Shown: piece after piece, positions 56,634-64,000 of the stretch
How positions within the stretch are numbered: position 1 is the first letter of the stretch
How the letters are laid out: every line of letters starts with the position of its first letter
Assembly: GCA_964016885.1 (NCBI GenBank)
Contig: OZ024741.1
Location: forward strand, 333,498,001-333,562,000
Length of the DNA stretch: 64,000 bases
Direction: 5' to 3'
From: Eledone cirrhosa
Taxonomy: Eukaryota
Translations under genes and position numbers: made by a program
Notes under the pieces: generated by a model
What the model was told of the DNA's origin: nothing
Databases searched by the model: none
The model's input: only the letters and a program-made list of their open reading frames with translations

Positions 56634-57840
56634 CTGTTTTACGTCCATTCTTCCATGCTAGCATTGGTTAGTTGTCCTGTTGTGGGCAATGCTATGTCAG
56701 GTGACCATGTCCTGCTCATACATAACTCACACAGAACTGATATATATATATACACACACACACAAACACATATGTATATACTTTTGTACGGATGTATGAT
56801 GATGGATATTCCCATCAATTTTAATAATATTTTAATCCTGCCAAGGATTTTCAAGCAAGTCCACAGATCATGAAAGAGTGAGGTTTACTGAACAATGTTG
56901 CTGGTATGTTTGATAAAGCTTTTGTCCTCCCTCTTGCTTCTTGTAGCTTATGGTTACAACCAGAGTAGAAGTTCCTGATCCCATTATGACATACACACAT
57001 ATATGGGGAGGTGAGTACATGTATCTCTGTGTGTGTATGTCACTCATTGTAAACACCATATCAATACTTTTTATAATAGCCAGTGATACCATTTGTTTAT
57101 GTCCCCTATAACTAATATGTCCGGTAGCATAGCAGTTCTATGAATGTCATATATACCAGGCATACAATGTACTTACCAAGTTTGAAATAAAGTATGTGTT
57201 GGTGGCATCAGAAAGGACATGCAACTGTACAAACATTACTTCAAAATGTCTCATTTAACTCATGCAAGAATAATGGTTTCTGATTTAGGCACTAGGCCAA
57301 CAATTTTCGGGGGAGGGGAAAGTAGATTAAATTGATCCCAGTGCTACTGATAATATATTTTATCAACCCCATAAGGATGAAAATCAGTAAAGCTAACCTT
57401 GGTAAGATTTGAACTCAAAATGTAAAGGGACGTAACTCTATGCTGCAAAACATGTTGTCTGATGCTCTACTAATACAGCCAATCCACTGAGAATAATAAA
57501 GTGTGTTGGTATCAAAAAGGATATACATCTGTACAAAATTTACCCCCAAATGTCTCACTTAACCCATGCAAGAATGGAAAAAATGGATGTAAAAACCAAC
57601 AATGGTGAATAGTTATGAGTTTCGATCAGTTTGTATTTGACAGGAAGGTGAGAGATGAGATGAGTTTAGGACTGTCCTTCATCCTGGAGGGGAATAATCT
57701 TTCTTTCTTTTTTAGAAGAAGAAACAAACCTGAAATATAAGATTCCTCTTCTCATTAAAATATATGGACTTAGCTTAAACCACATCTCCACAACTTCACT
57801 GTATAGCTCCTTTCAACACATTCTTATACTATCAACATGT

Positions 57841-58522
57841 CGACACAGGTACCTAACAGGGTGTTTTGATACACATACCTTACATTAACAGGATGTTTTG
57901 ACACAGGTACCTTACACTAACACTATGTTTTGACACAGGTACCTTACACTAACACTATGTTTTGACAAAGGTACCTTTCACTAACAGGATGTTCTGGTGC
58001 AGATACCTTACATGAACAGGGTGTTCTGGTGCATATACCTTACACTAACAGGGTGTTCTGGTACAGGTAACTTACACTAACAGGGTGTTCTGGTACAGGT
58101 AACTTATATCAACAGGGTGTTTTGACACAACTACCTTACACTAACACTATGTTTTGACACAGGTACCTTTCACAGTCAACAAAGTCATATACAGGTACCT
58201 TACACTGTCAACATAATATGACACAGGTACCTTACACTGTCAACATAATATGACACAGGTACCTTACACTGTCAACATAATATGACACAGGTACCTTACA
58301 CTGTCAACATAATATGACACAGGTACCTTACACTGTCAACATAATATGACACAGGTACCTTACACTGTCAACATAATCAGACACAGGTACCTTACACTGT
58401 TCTGACTCAAGTATCTTATACTGTCAACATGTTGAGACTCGTACCTTACTCTAACATTATGTTGTGACACAGGTACCTTCCAATAAAACTATGCTTTGAC
58501 ACAAGCACCTTATACTGTCAAT
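57841..58522. repeat. 29-32-bp minisatellite (gacacaggtaccttacactgtcaacataatat)n
   Basis: About 21 tandem copies in two sub-variants. Confidence 0.95.
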
Positions 58523-58604
58523 AAATGACATATTTTCACAGCCACATCATCATCATCATCCCATATCACATGTCTATACCAATGAAGTTGTCTTTTTTGT
58601 TTGT

Positions 58605-59870
58605 GTCAGCTGATAACTTTTCTGTGTGGAGGCTCCCTCAGTTTATCTGTGTCCTCTTTCCCCCGTCAGCTAATAGCTTTGATATGTAGAGGCTCTCTCA
58701 TCTTACCTGTGTCCTCTTTCCCCCGTCAGCTAATAGCTTTGATATGTAGAGGCTCTCTCATCTTACCTGTGTCCTCTTTCCCCCGTCAGCTAATAGCTTT
58801 GATATGTAGAGGCTCTCTCATCTTACCTGTGTCCTCTTTCCCCCGTCAGCTAATAGCTTTGATATGTAGAGTCTCTCTCAGTTTACCTGTGTCCTCTTTC
58901 CCCCGTCAGCTAATAGCTTTGATATGTAGAGGCTCTCTCATCTTACCTGTGTCCTCTTTCCCCTGTCAGCTAATAGCTTTGATATGTAGAGGCTCTCTCA
59001 TCTTACCTGTGTCCTCTTTCCCCTGTCAGCTAATAGCTTTGATATGTAGAGGCTCTCTCATCTTACCTGTGTCCTCTTTCCCCTGTCAGCTAATAGCTTT
59101 GATATGTAGAGGCTCTCTCATCTTACCTGTGTCCTCTTTCCCCCGTCAGCTAATAGCTTTGATATGTAGAGGCTCTCTCATCTTACCTGTGTCCTCTTTC
59201 CCCCGTCAGCTAATAGCTTTGATATGTAGAGGCTCCCTCAGTTTACCTGTGTCCTCTTTCCCCCGTCAGCTAATAGCTTTGATATGTAGAGGCTCCCTCA
59301 GTTTACCTGTGTCCTCTTTCCCCCGTCAGCTAATAGCTTTGATATGTAGAGGCTCTCTCAGTTTACCTGTGTCCTCTTTCCCCCGTCAGCTAATAGCTTT
59401 GATATGTAGAGGCTCTCTCAGTTTACCTGTGTCCTCTTTCCCCCGTCAGCTAATAGCTTTGATATGTAGAGGCTCCCTCAGTTTACCTGTGTCCTCTTTC
59501 CCCCGTCAGCTAATAGCTTTGATATGTAGAGGCTCTCTCAGTTTACCTGTGTCCTCTTTCCCCCGTCAGCTAATAGCTTTGATATGTAGAGGCTCCCTCA
59601 GTTTACCTGTGTCCTCTTTCCCCCGTCAGCTAATAGCTTTGATATGTAGAGGCTCTCTCAGTTTACCTGTGTCCTCTTTCCCCCGTCAGCTAATAGCTTT
59701 GATATGTAGAGGCTCCCTCAGTTTACCTGTGTTGTCTTTCTTGTGTCAGCTGATAGCTTTGATATGTAGAGGCTCTCTCATCTTACCTGTGTTGTCTTTC
59801 TTGTGTGAGCTGATAGCTTTGCAGTATAGAGACTCTGTCAGCTTACCTTTGTTCCCTTTCCCATGTCAGT
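58605..59870. repeat. Homogeneous 60-bp tandem array, about 21 copies
   Basis: Copies line up column for column in 60-nt rows; diverged end units. Confidence 0.97.
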
Positions 59871-60350
59871 ATATATTACACACAACCAGATGAAAGAGAA
59901 GGACACATGAATCAGCTGGCATGTGCCTACTATTTGCAGAGGGCTTACTCACCTCAAAGTCTAGTTCTTTTATTCTGTTTTGTTACATATAAACCACATG
60001 CAACCTATATATAAATCATATATACTTCGTACTAATTCCTAAAATACATAATGAGCAGTTTATCATTAAAAAATCTTAATCACTAGTAATATGGCTATAG
60101 CCTGATGATGTCTGTCACCTTTACACTAGTAACTGGAGCAGGTTAGTTGTTGTTTAGTTGAGAGGGCTGGTGTATGGTTTTGAAGTGCAGGCTTGGATTT
60201 AATTTATAGTTGGTTCAGTATGGTTTTGTGGGTAGGGTTGAAAGTAGGATTATAATTTGTATTTGATTGAGTTCATGGACAATAGAGATTTATGATAGTT
60301 TAGATTTGTTTACATTCTAGTTGTAGTATATATGGTCTGTGTTATATACA

Positions 60351-60482
60351 TACAGGGTGTAACAAAAGTAATGCCCTTTTATTTATTGAAGGAATTTAAT
60401 TTTCTTAAACCACTGTAATTTATTTTTATTCAATAAAAGTTAATAGATAGAAAAAGGGTGTTACTTTTGCTGCTCCCTCTAT
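60351..60482. mobile_element. Tc1-like MITE
   Basis: tacagggtgtaacaaaagtaatgccctttt / aaaagggtgttacttttgctgctccctctata. Confidence 0.6.
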
Positions 60483-61391
60483 ATATGTTTCAATGGTACA
60501 TATAGCTTGAAAAGCTTGCATTGTGTGACACACCCTTCATCATCTGTTAACTGGAGATCACAAAAACTTTGGTACTTTCCAACAATATCTCTTCTACAAG
60601 TAGTGCTGGGCAGCCTTAATACCAGTGAGTGTTTGGCTTCTTTTGGCCTATATTGCAGTGTGCTTTCTTCCCCTTCCGTCATCCATACTGTCACTGCACC
60701 AGACTTGGTGCAGCTGTAACATCTCTAGCCTTACACCATAAATCTTGGATTTATTTTCTCTTAGCTTTGGCTTTTCTCTTTTGGTGCATCAGCCATATCC
60801 ATCTATGTTTTATAGCTTTATATCCAGTAGAGAATTTGATCCTTGAATACATTCAATGGAATGTGCTTGGAACTAAGTAATGGTTCAGGTATTCCATCCT
60901 CTCATCCATATTTGTTTCTTAGCAGGATGAAGTCAAGGTCTAACGTTTTATCATCTAAACCAAAATACTCAATGAAAAAGCTTCTCGATCAATTGATGGA
61001 TCTTTGTAAGTTTCAATGAGTGTTCCATGGCACAGCCTGATCATTTCACAGACACATGTACACTTAATGTAAATTTTAAAGAGTTTGAGTTTGACAAAAA
61101 CAGTTTCTATCTCTATCTAAGAATATTCAGAAGGCATGGGTTGACACTTTTCCATGATGCAGCGCAATAGGATCAAACCTGATAATTTTAAACTAGATGA
61201 CAAATTGACAAATTAAGCCTATCACACAAAAATAGAAACTGTACCACTGAGAGTCATCCACATAATTTCTATCTATCAAATTTCATTCATGAGGCAAAAG
61301 TCAACCTGATGATATGGTAGAAGACACTTGACAAACAAGGTCTACACAGTGATCAAACCATGTTGTTGTGAAGCAAACTTCTTAACTACAC

Positions 61392-62405
61392 ATCATCATC
61401 ATCATAATATTCCTACAACTGGTGCAGCTAGTTGTTTGAGGTGCCACTCTAGACACTATTGCAGTCAGTCATCACCATTGATCTCTACTCTCCATCATGC
61501 ATAGAAGAGTCTCAGTGTTATGACCAGTCCAGTATTTCATGTTGTCAGAACTGGGTTTTCTTTGTCTGCCTCTTCTTCGACCTTCTTCAACTGTGCCTTG
61601 AAAGATGATTTTGGACAAGAAATTGTGGCAGGATATATGACCATAGCAAGCAAGCTTCTTTCCTTACACCATCTCAAGAAGTGGTTCTTGTCTGTCAGCT
61701 TATTTGTTAACTTGCTGCCCAACAAAGCTGTTTGTTTTGTGCTCCATGCATGAAATGTGTAGAAACCTTCTGATATTTTTTTCAGTCTGGTAGTGAGTTC
61801 TTGGAGTTCTGTTTCACTGATTCCTAACAGGTCACTGTCATCAACAAATCATAGGTTGGAAATGGGCCTTCCTCCAATGGAAACTAAGGTGTCAAAGTCC
61901 TGAAGTCTCTCTTGCATGATGTTTTCCAGGAAGATGTTGAAAAGTACTGGAGAAAGGAGACATCCTTGTCATACTCCTGCTGTTGTCCCGAAGAATTCTC
62001 CAATGTTGTTATTCAAGAGAACTACACTATTTAAGTTGTCATATAGTGTTTAGATTACTTGAATGAGGTTGATGTCAAAGTTATAATTCTTCATCACCTT
62101 CCACAAACCCTCATGCCAAACATAGTCAAAAGCTTTTTTAAAGTAGATGAAGTTATGATAGAGGTCATATTGGTGCTGCAGGTGTTTCTCAGTGAGCAGT
62201 CCGATGTTATATATCTGCTCTCTTGTACTTCTTTTGGGCCTGAATCCTGCCTGTTCTTCTGCCAGGATTTCTTCAGCCTGTTTAGAAGAATTCTTAGCAG
62301 TACTTTGCTGGTGAGGTTAATGAGGCTGATTGTTCTGTAGTTCTGGCAGAGTCTTAAGTTTCCTATTTGGGGAATGGGTATCAACAGTGATTGGGTCCAC
62401 TCCTT
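61392..62405 (-). pseudogene. RTE-clade LINE reverse transcriptase remnant with internal deletion and (GAT)n tail
   Basis: NYRTISLI..KVLLRILLNRL, EEQAGFRP, FKKAFD, GCLLSPVLFNIFLE, FVDD; jumps at ~61780 to C-terminal KLA.YGHI..GTVE..RGRQRK. Confidence 0.9.
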
Positions 62406-64000
62406 TGTTGATGAAGTTCAGTGTCTAGGTTCTGTTCATATGTTTTGCTTTGGCTTGGTTTCAATGGCTGGATTCCCTTCCTAACACCAACAAGTTTATA
62501 GCAAGAACTAGCAACATGGTTTCAATGGCTAGATGCGCTTTCAAACACCAACTACTTTACAGTGTGTACTGGAAGCATTTAATCCTGACACCATCACAAC
62601 CACTCTTACAGGGTGCTTTTCTTCATGACACAAGCACTATCTTAGGAGGCTTTGATTGGAATTGGGGCTGGGGTACAGATATTGCACTGCTGCAGCAGTG
62701 GGGGGAGGGGTTCATGGTGTGGGTGGGTCATGAAGTAGATGATGTCTGACATTATGGGAGTGTGCTTAGTTTCTCTTACTGAACTACAAGGGAGTGTTTA
62801 TAAACTGCTTGGAGCAAATGGTAGAGTAAAAACTTCATTTCTTAATGCATTGCAGGCATAGTGCTGCTTTATATTTTTCAAGAATATCTTACTAATACAC
62901 TTTAATGCAGTTTCACATCATACAGGATATTAAGAGTTGAGAGGACAACTCTGACTCCAAAACCTGATCAAATGGGTGTCATTAGACTTGACAAACAAGT
63001 CCTGCATCTAAAAGGTACATAGACATTAGCACCTATGATCCAAGGACCTCATTGTCACCATCCCTCTTGTTTGGCTATGGTAGATGAACCCTGGGCATGA
63101 AGGGTGAGGTGAATAATGTGCACACTGCAGCACTTATACATACTGAACTGTACTGTCATACATATCTGTAGCCATTTTACTCCAACCATATGTTAAGACT
63201 TAAAATAATGACAAAAAAAAAAAATTAGTGGTTTCTGATTTAGGCACAAGGCCAACAATTTGGGGGAGAAATTGGATAAATCGGCTCCAATGCATTACTG
63301 GTACTTTATTGTCCTCGTAAGGAAGAAAAGCAAAGCTAACCTCAATGGGTTTGAACACAAAATTTAAAGGGACATAACTTTATGCTGCAAACCATGGTGT
63401 AAGAAGCTCTACCAATACTGTCAATCCATAAAAAAAAAAAAAGCATTTTTAGTTTGCCTTTTCTGTTAGATTAACAAGATTTACTAAGATCTAAACAAAC
63501 AAATGTAAGCTGGCAGTGGTGGGGAGAGGACCTGTGCTCTTCTTGTTTCTTCATTTTTTGCTTATTTTGTTTTGCTTTCAAGTGTGTGGAATGTGTGCAT
63601 ACATCAGTTTTGACAATGTATGCACCTTCCAGTTATTTGATCAACAGAACTACAACAGCTTGCAAGTGGCTGACCATTCCACAAGGACATGTGTACCATT
63701 ACTGGAATTCTCAGGGAGATTCAGAATGACACAGTGTTTGTGTGTGTGAGACAAGGCTCTGGTTCTTTGAATTACAGATATACATAGTTTGTTTCAATGA
63801 GCTTCCAAATAGTTTGTCTACCTAAGTTGGTTCCACATTCTCTCTCCATCTCTGGAAAAAAATTGGCTGTGTTCAGACCTGATGAGGGGATCAGCTCTGC
63901 TAGGCTTAAAATGCTCCAAGAAACGCTGTATGGCCCTATGGTGCCCCCTACAATGCCATCAGGAGTTACAGGACCACACCATACCATACCATATTCATAT

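Noticed and set aside
58601-59893. 430-aa ORF as a protein-coding gene, or the array as CRISPR
   Set aside because: Pure 60-bp tandem repeat without unique spacers; no ATG start or gene context; eukaryotic DNA with no cas genes
59945-60006. Minus-strand AG..GTGAGT exon candidate
   Set aside because: Stops in all three frames; no independent support
60500-60860. Possible Tc1 transposase N-terminal remnant on the minus strand
   Set aside because: Too degenerate to confirm by eye; only the adjacent TIR pair is reported
63872-63935. CTGATGA...GAAA near the window end
   Set aside because: No complementary stem I; other copies of this dispersed repeat (e.g. ~11040, ~44040) have cttggaga at this position, so the match is by chance

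Overview
AT-rich, microsatellite-saturated eukaryotic non-coding DNA. The repeat landscape (Meta- and CORE-type tRNA SINEs, RTE LINE tails ending in (GAT)n, Helitron and mariner MITE remnants, long (TA)n/(CA)n/(GA)n tracts) resembles an octopus/coleoid genome; this is inferred from recalled repeat families, not from a search. No intact protein-coding gene is visible. Almost all ORFs in the track are microsatellite artefacts, and the real coding remnants are decayed transposon pieces (RTE RT, CR1/L2 3' end, CRE-type restriction-like endonuclease, Tc1/mariner transposase, probable Penelope GIY-YIG tail). The main signal is a dense population of short elements, mostly embedded in (TA)n and often arranged as inverted repeats, that carry type I hammerhead ribozyme (HHR) motifs with palindromic stem III. 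By manual folding they form roughly 10 sequence-unrelated families with over 20 full, half or degenerate motifs. They include a compensatory U3-A8 core variant inside a 595-nt permuted unit (761-1974). They look like Penelope-like pseudo-LTR or retrozyme-like elements. All folds were done by eye and boundaries of dispersed repeats are approximate.
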